Shown here: positions 13,961 through 25,931 of the stretch, piece after piece | Position numbering within the stretch: the first letter of the stretch is position 1 | Layout: each line of letters opens with the position of its first letter | Source: Octopus sinensis | Lineage: Eukaryota | DNA length: 64,000 bases | Direction: 5' to 3' | Assembly (NCBI RefSeq): GCF_006345805.1 | Contig: NW_021832220.1 | Span: 186,001-250,000 of the forward strand | Notes under the pieces: generated by a model | Database searches by the model: none | What the model was told of the DNA's origin: nothing | What the model saw: only the letters and a program-made list of their open reading frames with translations | Translations under genes and position numbers: made by a program

Positions 13961-13974
13961 ATATATATATATAC

Positions 13975-16800
13975 CATCATCATCATCGTTTAACGTCCGC
14001 TTTCCATGCTAGCATGGGTCGGACGATTTTGACTGAGGGCTGGCGAACCAGATGTCTGCACCAGTCCCCAATCTTGATCTAGTAGAGTTTCTACAACTGG
14101 ATGCCCTTCCTAACGCCAACCACTCCGAGAGTGTAGTGCGTGCTTTTTACGTGCCACCAGCACGAGGGCCAGTCAGGCAGTACTGGCAATGATCTCGCTT
14201 GAATCTTTTTACACGTGCCACTTGCACAGGTGCCAGTGAAGCGACGTTGGTAACGATCAGGCTCGAATGGTTCCCTTTTACGTGCCACGGGTACGGAAGC
14301 CAGTTGGCTGCTCTGGCAACGATCACGCTCAGCTGGTGCTCTTGGCACCCTACTAGCACAGGCGTAAGTGCCAGTAAGGCGACGCTGGTAACGATCACAC
14401 TCGAATAGCCGCTCTGTCAACGATCACACTCGTATGGTGTTCTTTGCACCCTGCTAGCACAAATGCCAGTCATCGAATTGATTTTGATTTTGATTTCACT
14501 TGCCTCAACAGGTCTTCGCCAGCAGAGTTTAGTGACCAAAAAAGGAAGGAAAAGGTACGCATAAGCGGGCTGGTTACGCTCCTGGCATAGGCCACGGGTT
14601 ATGGTCTCATTTGGCTTGCCGGGTCTTCTCGAGCACAGCATATTTCCAAAAGTCTCAGTCGCTAGTCGTTTCCTTGGTGAGACCTAATGTTCGAAGGTCG
14701 TGCTTCACCACTTCCTCCCAGGTCTTCCACAGATTCCCTCAACCGCTAGGGTGTGGCACTTTTTCACACAACTATCTTCATACATTCTCGCAACATGACC
14801 ATACCAGTGCAGTCGTGTCTCTTGCACACCACATCTAATGCTTCTTAGGTCCAACATTTCTCTCAAGGTACTTACAATCTGTCGAGTATGCACACTGACA
14901 TTACACATCCATTGGATCATACGGGCTTCATTCCTTGTGAGCTTACGCATGTCCTCAGCAGTCACAGCCCATGTTTCACTGCCATGTAACATGGCTATTC
15001 GTACACATGCATCATACAGTCTACCTTTTACTCTGAGCAAGAGGCCCTTTGTCGCCAGCAGAGGTAAGAGCTCTCTGAACTTTGCCCAAGCTATACTTAT
15101 TCTAGCAGCTACACTTTCAGCGCACCCTCCTCCGCTACTGAGTTGGTCACCTAGATAACGGAAGCTATCAACTATTTCTAGTTTTTCCCCCTGGAATGTG
15201 GCGGAAGTTGTTCCCTGCGCATTGTCAGTGTTTATTGCACCTGAGCATCTGCCACATACAAAAGCTATCTTCCCAGTTAGTCTTCCACTGGGTACATCTT
15301 ATAGAGCTTCCACCTACGCCTCTACTACAGATCGAGCAGGGCCATCTACCTGAAGGCATTTGTGGTTTGCCAACCTTCCTACTTATTAGGACTTCGGTTT
15401 TAGCCAGGTTGACTCTAAGGCCCTTCGATTCTAATCCTTGTTTCCACACTTCTCCTCTAGTTCTGATAGTGACTCAGCAATTAGAGCAAGGTCGTCAGCA
15501 TAGAGGAGCTCCCAGGGGCATCCTATCTTGAATTCCTCTGTTATTGCCTGGAGGACTATGATAAATAGGAGGGGGCTGAGGACTGGACCCCAAACTCTAC
15601 CTTGAATTCTTCAGTGTACTCGTTGCCAACCCTTACCTTACTTACAGCCTCCCTGTACATGGCTTGCACAGCTCTCACTAACCATTCATCTATCCCTAGT
15701 TTCCTCATTGACCATCAGATAAGGAATGGGGGGACCCTATCAAAAGCTCTCTCCATGTCAACGAAAGCCAGGTACAGGGGTTTATCTTTGGCTAGATATT
15801 TCTCCTGCAGATGTCTTACCAGAAATATGGCATTAGTGGTGCTTTTCCCTGGCACAAACCCAAACTGCATCTCATCTAAACTAACTCTCTCTCTAATTAG
15901 TTGGGCTATGACCCTCTCCATAACCTTCATTACCTGATCCAACAGCTTGATACTTCTGTAATTATTTGTATCTAGGGCGTCACTGCTACACCAGTCATTG
16001 GGTATGACTCCTTCGTGTATCATCTGGTTAACTATATGAGTGACTAGGCTATAGCTGACACTTCCCTATATTTTTGAGCATCTCTGCAGTGATTCCTCAT
16101 GGGCCTGGGGCTTTCCCTGTCTTCATACTTCTAATTTCCTTAACTACCATGGAACTGTCAACTCGGATAGCTGGTCCCTCTGTTGGGTCGACATTCAGCA
16201 GACTCTCTTTATCCCATTCATTTTCTTTATTCAGCAACCTTTCATAGTGGCGTCTCCAAACCTCTCTCTTTGCATCCTCATTTAGCGCAAGTGACCCGTC
16301 TTCCATGTGAACACATTTCTCTCCTACCACATCACGATTCTCTCTCACTCACTGTCTTTGCAACACAAAATACCTCAAGTCTTTGGTCCTCACAGCACAG
16401 AACATTGGTAAATTTTTTCTTATCTGCTTCCCCTCTGGCTAAATAAACCTGCCTCCTAGCTTCCCTTCTGGCAGTCTGATACACTTCCCTGCTACCACCG
16501 TTCTTCAAGTCCTTCCAAGCCTGTCTCTTTTGTCTAATAGCCTTATAAACAACATTGTTCCACCACGTTAATTTGGGTTGAGAGGGGACTTTGCACCATC
16601 CACAGAGCTGGTCGGTGGCCCTTAGCAGGTTGTCCCGTAGGAACCTCCAGTTCTCTTCTATACCATGTGAAGCTATATCCGCTTCTATTTCGTCAAAGGC
16701 TCCGAGTAATATGTCTCTAAATCTATGTCCGTTAGCAGGATCTTTAAGTCTCCAGACCCTTCTTCTCCTTGCGGGTCGTCTTCTGGGCATCCATGCAAGA
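13975..16800 (-). mobile_element. 5'-truncated RTE-clade LINE with internal deletions, same family as 6243-8077
   Basis: Fragments RRRVWRLKDP, NYRSIKLLDQVMKVMERV, QFGFVPGKSTT, AFVDMERAFDRVP and MLHGSETW; (ATC)n tail at 13975-13988. Confidence 0.93.
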
Positions 16801-16830
16801 TAACAAACGAACAAATGATTACCTTATGAA

Positions 16831-17018
16831 CATCATTAGTTCACAGCTTCTATAAGATGCAGTGGACTCATTGTTGAGTACCTGAATAACACTCCATAGC
16901 TTCATCGGAGCTCCGGCTTCATATTCGAAGGTCCGATGAAGCTATAGAGTGTTATTTAGGCAGACAACTGTGAGTTTACTGCTTCTTATATAACAGAAAC
17001 AGCTGTAAGCTAATGAAG
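16831..17018. repeat. Imperfect ~190-bp hairpin element
   Basis: aataacactccatagcttcatcgga pairs with tccgatgaagctatagagtgttatt, with weaker pairing further out. Confidence 0.7.
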
Positions 17019-17899
17019 TCCATAAGATGATAATTTATTCCGTTGTCATCTCTCTTTCTTATTTCTATACTTAGCTAATACTTCGTACTAAAATATATGT
17101 ATAGTGGCTTCTACAATGGGTTATTAGTCTCTCAATGCAGATGCTAATTATATATATATATATCGAACACACATACACTGGTGTTTTAACGCCAGGTGCA
17201 TTGCTGAGAATATATTCTCTTACGCTTATCCACGAACTAGCAAAATACATACCTTTATATGTGTGTTCGATATTGTTTACATGCCTTGAGCTGCTTCTAA
17301 TCCATATTTTCATTGACATATATTAATATGTGTGTGTGTGTGTGTGTGTGAAGGGTCTTTGCAGATGTCCTGTTACACTCAAATAAAAAATATCCTTTCT
17401 TTCTTAAATAGCTTCTCTTAATGTTTTTCTTTCTGTGGGAATTCTACAGATCCCCCTTGTAATAATAATTATAATAGTAATGATACATAAATGATCTCAT
17501 GTACAGGTAAACTATTTGCGAAAATCAAAGACGGGAACATAACAAAAGTAAATTATCTAATATATTGCGCAGCTTCTGTTGCTGTAAAAATTAAGAGTTA
17601 AAAGTCAAACAGGAAAAATAGAGCAGAAACCTAAGGCAGAAAAAAAGCAAAAACAAAGAAAGTGTAGCATGACACAAGAAGCCAGCGCCATTTTATATGA
17701 GATCTCGCTGGCGGCCATTGCCAGGTCCAAGACAAGAGCAAGATCTCGCCTAGAACCATGTTTGCCATGCGCGAGAAGACAGCAAGGCTCTCGTGGGCAA
17801 CATCTATTTAAGGAGGTGTATTGAGCAACCCGTTCTCTTCTCTCGCGTTGGCGCTCGCGATGAACAACACTGCAACCTAGCAGCTCACAGCAGATTCTT

Positions 17900-18410
17900 A
17901 ACTCCTTAACTCGCTCTAACTTTACCCATTATCTCCAGAGGTAATGTATCTCTCCCAAACGGAGCTAACGAACTACGCGCTGACATACAGATGGTCACTG
18001 GGAGCAAACCCCATGAAATGAGAACCAAATAAACAACCATTGAATTGCATCCGCTTGTAAGCCTCTTCGTCTTCAAGTTCCAGAATCCTAAGACTATAAA
18101 AAAATCATTGTAATGAGAGAAGGAGACACTCCACAGGTATCGGGAGCCTTCTAGTTCCATTCTAAAAGTATTATCAGTAAAACAGGATATTTAGGAACAA
18201 CGAAAGGAAATTTTATCAATGGCTGAACAAAGAGAATGAATATCAAAGGAATAATATACCAAATGTTGAAGCAGCAAGGATCTTTTGGTTAGATGTCTGG
18301 AGCAAGGAAGTTCAACACAACAACAAAACAGATTAGTTTCAGGAGTTTAAAAGTGAACAGGAAAATAAGTCAAGGCTAGAGAATATAGATATTACGAAGA
18401 GAAATTTTTT
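17900..18410. mobile_element. R4/Dong-like non-LTR retrotransposon fragments, head-to-head
   Basis: Plus strand 18170-18410 reads NRIFRNNERKFYQWLN...FWLDVWSKEVQHN, resembling the R4 pre-RT region; minus strand 18160-17900 has LEDEEAYK, resembling the post-RT region (weaker). Confidence 0.5.
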
Positions 18411-18849
18411 TTTTAAATGTTTGAAAAAGATATCAAACTAGAAAGCCCCTGGTCCAGCTTATGTTCAGACACTTTAGTTTTAAAACCCTACATAACTGTT
18501 TCCGAATGCTTTTACAGAAAAGAGATCACGGCTCTGTTATGTCGGCTGGCCTATACTCGAAAATGTATCGAACTTAGTCTCATTTATTTTTCACAAAATT
18601 TCTCTTCTCACTCGTGACTTTACAGAGTAGCCCTATCAAATAGTTCATGTGTTATTCGAACAGGTTTGATGACTGTAATATTTTTTCTTCAGACCCACTT
18701 AGGATCTATTCCATAAAGGAAACCAGCTGTATTCTGCATACTCATAAATAAGATAGTGTTTTAGTCATCATCTGAATTAAATTCTCTCAATCTATAACAC
18801 AAGATATGTTTGCAAATGTATCACATCTTTATTTAATTTTTCATTACAG

Positions 18850-18904
18850 ATGACGACTGTTCTGGCAATTATGCTTTTATTTTTTGCTGAACCAGCAGCT
18901 GCAG
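18850..18904 (+). CDS. Gene A coding exon 1: signal peptide MTTVLAIMLLFFAEPAAA (55 nt, phase 1)
   Basis: ttttcattacAG|ATG...GCTGCAG|GTttgt; hydrophobic signal-like peptide; same length as and 43/55 identical to the gene B exon 39271-39217. Confidence 0.85.
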
Positions 18905-21029
18905 GTTTGTCATTATTTCTTATCTATCGTATCAACATTACTGTGGAAATTTAGGACGAGGTTAGGAAAGAAATCTTGTCATTACATGATATGCTTCTTG
19001 CGTGTCGGTACAGGGACGTGCCTTAAATCTCTGCTGTAAATGTGCTCGTGTTCCACCATCATTGTACACGGCACCACCGTTTATTGCACATAAATATCCT
19101 CTGTTGCTCTTGACACTACCTTCATCTCTTATAGGTGCCCGTCATTGTCTCAGCCACTGGTTCTGTGTCAGTTTGCCTGCATATTTGCTTGTCGTATTTG
19201 TTGAGGATGTTTGTTCACCAGGAACAATGTACAGTGATTTAATGGCTTAGTATTTGTAGCGCCAATGAGTGTGTCTTTGTGAAGTTGAAAGAGAAAATAA
19301 TTTGTATAAACCCAGTGGAAGGTATTTTCAAGCACTCTGTTAATATATTCAGGCCAGGTTTAGCCCAACAGACTGTAATTGCATGCAGGTGTAGCATATG
19401 AGCAGAAGATGAAGGAATAATAAAGTGTAGTAACATCTACGTACAGGGTTGGTCTTAGGCCAATTGAACCGATTGACCCCAAACGGGCCACATCCTATAT
19501 CACGATATTTCATGAAGGTGGTCCCCCTGAAGTTTAAAAAAACTACATAATAATGCTCTTTAAAAAACATACTTACTACACTTTAGTAGAACAAGATAGC
19601 AAAATATAAACCCATTCATCCAAAATTACTTAGGTCAGCCTCACTTATATTTTTAGTGTAAGGGTCAATTGTATGTGTATGCACGTTGTGTATGTGAATG
19701 TTTGTGAGTGTTTATGGGCATGTTTGGGTAAAATGTGTATGATAGTGTGTATGTGGTTAAGTGTATGGTGAATTGTATTTATATATGTGTGAGTTGCTAT
19801 AAATATGCTTTGCATACGTTTAATTTTGGGGAAACGTATTTATTTCAATAAAGTGTGTCAATATCCACACAATTTCTCCTCACTCTTATTACATTTTAAT
19901 CGCTATGCATCCTAAATACCTTCATGCATGCACATTGGACTCATTGCACAATATATCTGTTATTGACGAAAATAGACCAATATTTCTCAAAATTTCACCT
20001 TAATTCAACTAACTATCGAGGATGCCTGGAAGCTTAAAATAGTGGAGGGTAGCCGGTAATACATGAACATCAAAAAAACTTGCACTCAAACTGGAAAATC
20101 AGGGATATAAAAACCTCTGCATTTGAATTTTTCAATGGAGAAAACTTTTGTGCACAGTGTGTAACAGTAATTGAGATGACAGAGCATCAATATTCATTCG
20201 GGATTTGTGGAAGGCTCGTTATTCGAAGATGTACTTGATCTTCCCTATATTGCGTGGAATTTAATCATTGTGCAAGATGGTTGTCGAGTGTGAATAGTTA
20301 TTACGACGATGCATACAAGGTCGTCAGTTTTTGTGGTGGTTCAGGGTCACTGGCTTTTGTTCGAAGATCTTGGATCTCCCTTGGTTTTACAAAAAAAGGG
20401 CTCTAAGTACAAGCACAAATCACATATGCATTCCCATCTCTATACATACACATGCTCCTTGTTTATACAAGTCACTCACAAACTAAATAAACATCAATCA
20501 CACAGTATTTATATTACTTAAATTAAATTAATAATAATATTGATATTGACAATGATGATGAAGATTATTCTCCGTTGCTGCCCTCGATCTTTTGCAAAAA
20601 AACCCAATGGTTAGCTTAAATCCCAAGGTGAGAGATGCTAGCACGGATGTAGGAGTGAAAGTAAGAAACAGTTTAAAAAAGAACTCAGGTGACGCTTATG
20701 AATGTCCCTGCTTATACATTGCTCTTGTGTTCTATAATTTTTACAAGTTTTATTCCTTTTCCTTCCTTCCACCCTTTCCCTTTTTTCTCTTCTTTTTTTA
20801 AACTTTTATAATTTTTTTCTGTTCCTTTTTGTGCCTTTGTATTTTACTTATTTCTTTACTTTTTCTGCTGTTTAATTTTGCTACACCTCAAATTCTTCAG
20901 TTTCATTTTTTCCCTCTTCGCTGTTTTAATCCCTCCACCCACTTTTCTATTATCGTACTTTTATAACATGATGGCCTGGCTTGACTTTGCATTGGTGTTC
21001 TGTAGAAGAGGAAAAAATTAATTAAATAA

Positions 21030-21370
21030 TCTGTATGTCAAATTGAATAGATCCGAAATGGATGAAAGGCAAAGTCGACCTTGTCGGAATTTGAACTGAG
21101 AACATAAAGACAGATGAAATACCGCTTCTAAAATACAAAATTTTGTGAAAAACATTAAGTGTAAACCCTGTTCTATGTGATACATTGTACCAGTATCGGA
21201 AGTTTCAAAGTGTTTAGTTAAAAGAATTAATTAAATAACCTGTACGTCACTTTGAATAGATCCAAAAGGGATAAAAGGCAAAATCGACCTCAGCAGAATT
21301 TGAACTCAGTGGAAATACCGCTAAGCATTTCACCCGCACACTAACTTTTCTGCCATCTCACCGCCTTAGA
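21030..21370 (-). mobile_element. Two degenerate tRNA-derived SINE fragments
   Basis: aaaggcaaagtcgacc...gaatttgaactc block present twice (~21065 and ~21275). Confidence 0.6.
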
Positions 21371-21938
21371 AAGTAAACATTCATTTTAGAAATACATTCT
21401 TTATTCTTATTGCATGGGACATTACACCCTTACTTCCTAACTTACTGACATTAAATTTCGTGGTATTCTACCTGATACTTATTTCTACTAATGTTTGTTC
21501 AGTGCAACTAACGATTCTGAATTCCTTCTGCATTTTTCTATCATTTAAGCCTAAGAAAAGTATACACTTATATTAAAATTTTAAAAATTATGCTAATTGA
21601 AGATGAATACCTACCTTACTGCCTCCCTTGAGGTCGCAGATATTTTGATGTAACTTTTTTCCACTGAACCAAATCTCAAACTATTTATGCCAAAGTGTAA
21701 CTAAGGAGGTGTCCTCTTTAAAACTGTTAACAGTTTGAAATTTAGTTGAGAACTGAATTAGTGGTGAAGCTTGGAAGTTGCTGTGACTGACGTAATGGTG
21801 GACTTAACCACTACTGTGGTTGAATGATAATATTTTGTATTTCATACCCCAAAAATGTTATTCAATATATTTGAAATAATTAATCTACCTAATTTATTTA
21901 TCTGCATAATTGCCTATACATATATACATGTAATATAT

Positions 21939-21990
<52 letters not shown>

Positions 21991-21994
<4 letters not shown>

Positions 21995-22350
21995 GTTATC
22001 GCCATACTAATATGGCATTCTTATAAAATAAGAATAAAGCTGTCCGCTTATTAGCTCCATGAGGCCACTGAAACTAGGTAAATAAAACCTTCGAACAGAG
22101 ATTGTCGGAAGCGACACCTACTGGTCTGACTACGCTACATTGAAAAGGGGCAATACCCCGAAACGCGTCTGTAGCTTCGATCAAGTAGTGTGGAGCGACT
22201 GACCTCCCTTGTTCGAAGGTTATATGGATACAGTTTGTGTATCAAATAGCTAACTTAAGGCGATGGCCTCATGGAGCTAATAAGCGGACAGCTTTATTCT
22301 TATTTTTATAAGAATGCCATATTAGTATGGCGATAACTATTATTTTCCAG
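21991..22350. repeat. Palindromic element with ~85-bp perfect arms and a degenerate hammerhead motif at its centre
   Basis: aatagttatcgccatactaatatggcattcttat...ccatgaggcca has its reverse complement at 22265-22350; inner inverted pair aaccttcgaaca/tgttcgaaggtt. Confidence 0.88.
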
Positions 22351-22699
22351 GAACTATTATTTTTAGAGAGACTTAGTAATTTTAATATTTCTATTATATA
22401 TATATATATATATATAATATATATATTTCAACAATTGAGGGTAAAATTAATTAATAATCAATTTCACCAAGTATTCAGTATGCAAAGGGACCATTTAAGG
22501 CGAATTCAAATTATTACATTATATAAAAGGGCTTAGTAAAATAATTTACTTTGCCGCATACTGAACTCATTAGAAATAGCAGCCAAAAAAAACTTTTCTA
22601 ACTAACTTTCTATACTTAAAGAAAACCTCTCTCATATAGTGTTTGCTCAACTCAACTCACGGAAGTATGGGGGTAGAGACATTAAAAATCAAATGCAAA

Positions 22700-22768
22700 G
22701 GTTATTTGAGAACGTACGTTTCAAGATTAGTCAAACTCGACATTTCTATCATCAGCTCAGAACTCCCT
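22700..22768 (-). ncRNA. Type I hammerhead ribozyme-like motif, array copy 1
   Basis: Minus strand: TGAG-CTGATGA-[TAGAAATGTCGAGTTTGACTAATCTT]-GAAA-CGTACG-TT-CTCA; stem I TGAG/CTCA, palindromic stem III, weak stem II. Confidence 0.55.
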
Positions 22769-23253
22769 GGTTTGGATTTGAAAACACTGAAAGTGGGAGC
22801 ATACCCTTTCGGCTTCTTCTCGCTTCTGAAGATCTGCTCGCAACTAACTGCCAACAAACTCAAAAATGCAAGCGAAGAATTTCTGCTCTCCCCTTTCCAC
22901 CAGCGTGGGTTAAAATCAGTAAACACTATGCTTTTTTCGGTAAAATCCAAGGCATTATATAGAGAGAGATGAATTATAATTTCAACAATTGAGTAAAATT
23001 AATTAATTAATCAATTTCACAAGTATTCAGTATGCAAAGGGACCATTTAAGGCGAATTCAAATTATTACATTATATAAAAGGGCTTAGTAAAATAAATTA
23101 CTTTGCCGCATACTGAACTCATTAGAAATAGCAGCCAAAAAAAACTTTTCTAAAACTATTTCTAATACTTAAAGAAAACCTCTCTCATATCGTGTTTGCT
23201 CAACTCAACTCACGGAAGTATGGGGGTAGAGACATTAAAAAATCAAATGCAAA

Positions 23254-23322
23254 GGTTATTTGAGAACGTATGTTTCAAGATTAGTCAAACTCGACATTTC
23301 TATCATCAGCTCAGAACTCCCT
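23254..23322 (-). ncRNA. Type I hammerhead-like motif, array copy 2
   Basis: Same as copy 1 except stem III reads CATACG. Confidence 0.5.
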
Positions 23323-23813
23323 GGTTTGGATTTGAAAACACTGAAAGTGGGAGCATACCCTTTCGGCTTCTTCTCGCTTCTGAAGATCTGCTCGACACTA
23401 ACAGTGCCAACAAACTCAAAAATGCAAGCGAAGAATTTCTGCTCTCCCCTTTCCACCAGCGTGGGTTAAAATCAGTAAACACTATGCTTTTTTCGGTAAA
23501 ATCCAAGGCATTATATAGAGAGAGATGAATTATAATTTCAACAATTGAGGGTAAAATTAATTAATTAATCAATTTCACCAAGTATTCAGTATGCAAAGGG
23601 ACCATTTAAGGCGAATTCAAATTATTACATTATATAAAAGGGCTTAGTAAAATAAATTACTTTGCCGCATACTGAACTCATTAGAAATAGCAGCCAAAAA
23701 AAAACTTTTCTAAAACTATTTCTAATACTTAAAGAAAACCTCTCTCATATCGTGTTTGCTCAACTCAACTCACGGAAGTATGGGGGTAGAGACATTAAAA
23801 AATCAAATGCAAA

Positions 23814-23882
23814 GGTTATTTGAGAACGTATGTTTCAAGATTAGTCAAACTCGACATTTCTATCATCAGCTCAGAACTCCCT
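23814..23882 (-). ncRNA. Type I hammerhead-like motif, array copy 3
   Basis: Identical to copy 2. Confidence 0.5.
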
Positions 23883-24371
23883 GGTTTGGATTTGAAAACA
23901 CTGAAAGTGGGAGCATACCCTTTCGGCTTCTTCTCGCTTCTGAAGATCTGCTCGACACTAACAGTGCCAACAAACTCAAAAATGCAAGCGAAGAATTTCT
24001 GCTCTCCCCTTTCCACCAGCGTGGGTTAAAATCAGTAAACACTATGCTTTTTTCGGTAAAATCCAAGGCATTATATAGAGAGAGATGAATTATAATTTCA
24101 ACATTGAGGGTAAAATTAATTAATTAATCAATTTCACCAAGTATTCAGTATGCAAAGGGACCATTTAAGGCGAATTCAAATTATTACATTATATAAAAGG
24201 GCTTAGTAAAATAAATTACTTTGCCGCATACTGAACTCATTAGAAATAGCAGCCAAAAAAAACTTTTCTAAAACTATTTCTAATACTTAAAGAAAACCTC
24301 TCTCATATAGTGTTTGCTCAACTCAACTCACGGAAGTATGGGGGTAGAGACATTAAAAAATCAAATGCAAA

Positions 24372-24440
24372 GGTTATTTGAGAACGTACGTTTCAAGATT
24401 AGTCAAACTCGACATTTCTATCATCAGCTCAGAACTCCCT
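24372..24440 (-). ncRNA. Type I hammerhead-like motif, array copy 4
   Basis: Same as copy 1 (CGTACG). Confidence 0.55.
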
Positions 24441-24504
24441 GGTTTGGCTGCTATTTCTAATGAGTTCAGTATGCGGCAAAGTAATTTATTTTACTAAGCC
24501 CTTT

Positions 24505-24549
<45 letters not shown>

Positions 24550-24555
<6 letters not shown>

Positions 24556-25185
24556 AAAATTGAGGGAGATAAATTAATATTAATTTTAATATCAATTTAA
24601 AACCAGTAGTCCAGCATTCAAAAAATCTGAGGAGTCAGAGAAAATTCAAATATATGTGTATATTGGCAGGGCTGGCCTGCTAGGTAGCCGGCCAGAATGC
24701 TAGAAGAAGATCATCAACGATCAAACTACAAGGGAAATTCTCTAGAGGAAGAATTCAGCGAACACCAGAACCAACTTTGGCGGGCAGGACATATGAAAAA
24801 TTAAATAAATAACAGACTTAAATGCATACCTCGGTTTCGGTCTTAACAAAAGAATTACTTGCATAATTCAAGTGTCCGTGACTTCTTCAGCACATTCGGT
24901 CCTCGTGATGCAAACCGCAAGACTAACCCCAGCTCTCTGTGTCAAGACAGACACGTGCTTAGTCTTACTGATTACATCGGGAATAAAATTTCAAATGTCT
25001 TGGTTCTGGCGCGCTGAGAGACTCCTGAAGTGAAGGACTGCAGTGAATAATTCACTGCGGATAGTGCTTACAACTAGGGAACGCATTTATTTAAATATTT
25101 AAAAATTGAGGGAGATAAATTAATATTAATTTTAATATCAATTTAAAACCAGTAGTCCAGCATTCAAAAAATCTGAGGAGTCAGA
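24550..25185 (-). mobile_element. ~545-bp unit with a ~90-bp terminal direct repeat (about 1.2-mer); retrozyme or pLTR-like
   Basis: tatttaaaaattgagggagataaattaatattaattttaatatcaatttaaaaccagtagtccagcattc occurs at ~24550 and ~25097; its start resembles the start of the neighbouring array unit. Confidence 0.7.
24820..24897 (-). ncRNA. Type I hammerhead ribozyme motif
   Basis: Minus strand: GAATGTG-CTGAAGA-AGTC...GACC-GAAA-CCGAGG-TA-TGCATTT; 7-bp stem I (with G-U pairs), intact core, long stem II. Confidence 0.7.
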
Positions 25186-25793
25186 TATATATATGTATAT
25201 ATATATATGTATATATACATGTATGTATGCGTCCATGTTTGTTTATTCAGTTATGATTAAAAATAATTACATTAATATGAGCGATTACTCCATTCTTTTG
25301 TAGAGTACAAAAGTATGGAGTACAGAGTAAGCTCGACCAAATAACGTCAGTGACAAGTAATGAAACTTGCTGACCAACTGAATCATACCACTTACATTCT
25401 TATGTGAAGCCTTAAAAATCTCTTGTGAAAAAGCTGACACACCCAATTACAAATTATTAAATGTGGACTAAACTTTGAATTCTGACCTCTACATTCTCAA
25501 AGTAAAGGATTAAACCCAATGAAGCCAACAATAATGAAAACTAGTTATACATCTGCTGACAAAATATATATATATATATATCCATCACATCGTACCCTAC
25601 AACCTAATTACTGTTCAAGAGAACTCTGCCTGCCCAAGATAATCTTTTTATCTCAACAAAGACAATATAAAGCCAAGCAATGACTGAAATGCATCAGTCT
25701 GATGGTGGATTACTTGGCCGAAACTTCAATGCCATTCTTAATAGTAATTCAGATATTTGTTATTTCATAATGTCTTCCATTTCCTTTTTTTAG

Positions 25794-25931
25794 TAGGTTG
25801 CTCTGGTTGCCCTATATTTGGTTACTGCATCTGCAGCAAGGCAGCTTGGTTTTCCCGTGCATTTGATACGTGTATATTTAAAGACTGTAGATGGTTCAAT
25901 AATCGATGGAGAATCGTTGATACAAACATAG
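25794..25931 (+). CDS. Gene A coding exon 2: (V)GCSGCPIFGYCICSKAAWFSRAFDTCIFKDCRWFNNRWRIVDTNI (alternative acceptor at 25797)
   Basis: Polypyrimidine tract + TAGTAG acceptor, ATAG|GTAATA donor, phase 1-1; six Cys aligned gap-free with gene B exon 2. Confidence 0.9.

Larger units (their letters stand above)
22426..24512 (-). repeat. Tandem array of ~554-560-bp units (3 full + 1 partial) ending in an inverted 65-bp segment; retrozyme or Penelope pLTR-like
   Basis: Unit starts tttcaacaattgag at 22426, 22980, 23536 and 24096; 24448-24512 is the reverse complement of an internal part of the unit. Confidence 0.9.

Noticed and set aside
22639-24088. Repeated 66-110-aa ORFs in the 560-bp array
   Set aside because: No recognisable domains, and frames change between copies through indels.
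25691-25732. CTGATGG...GGCCGAAAC hammerhead-like string upstream of exon 2
   Set aside because: Stems I and II do not pair convincingly.
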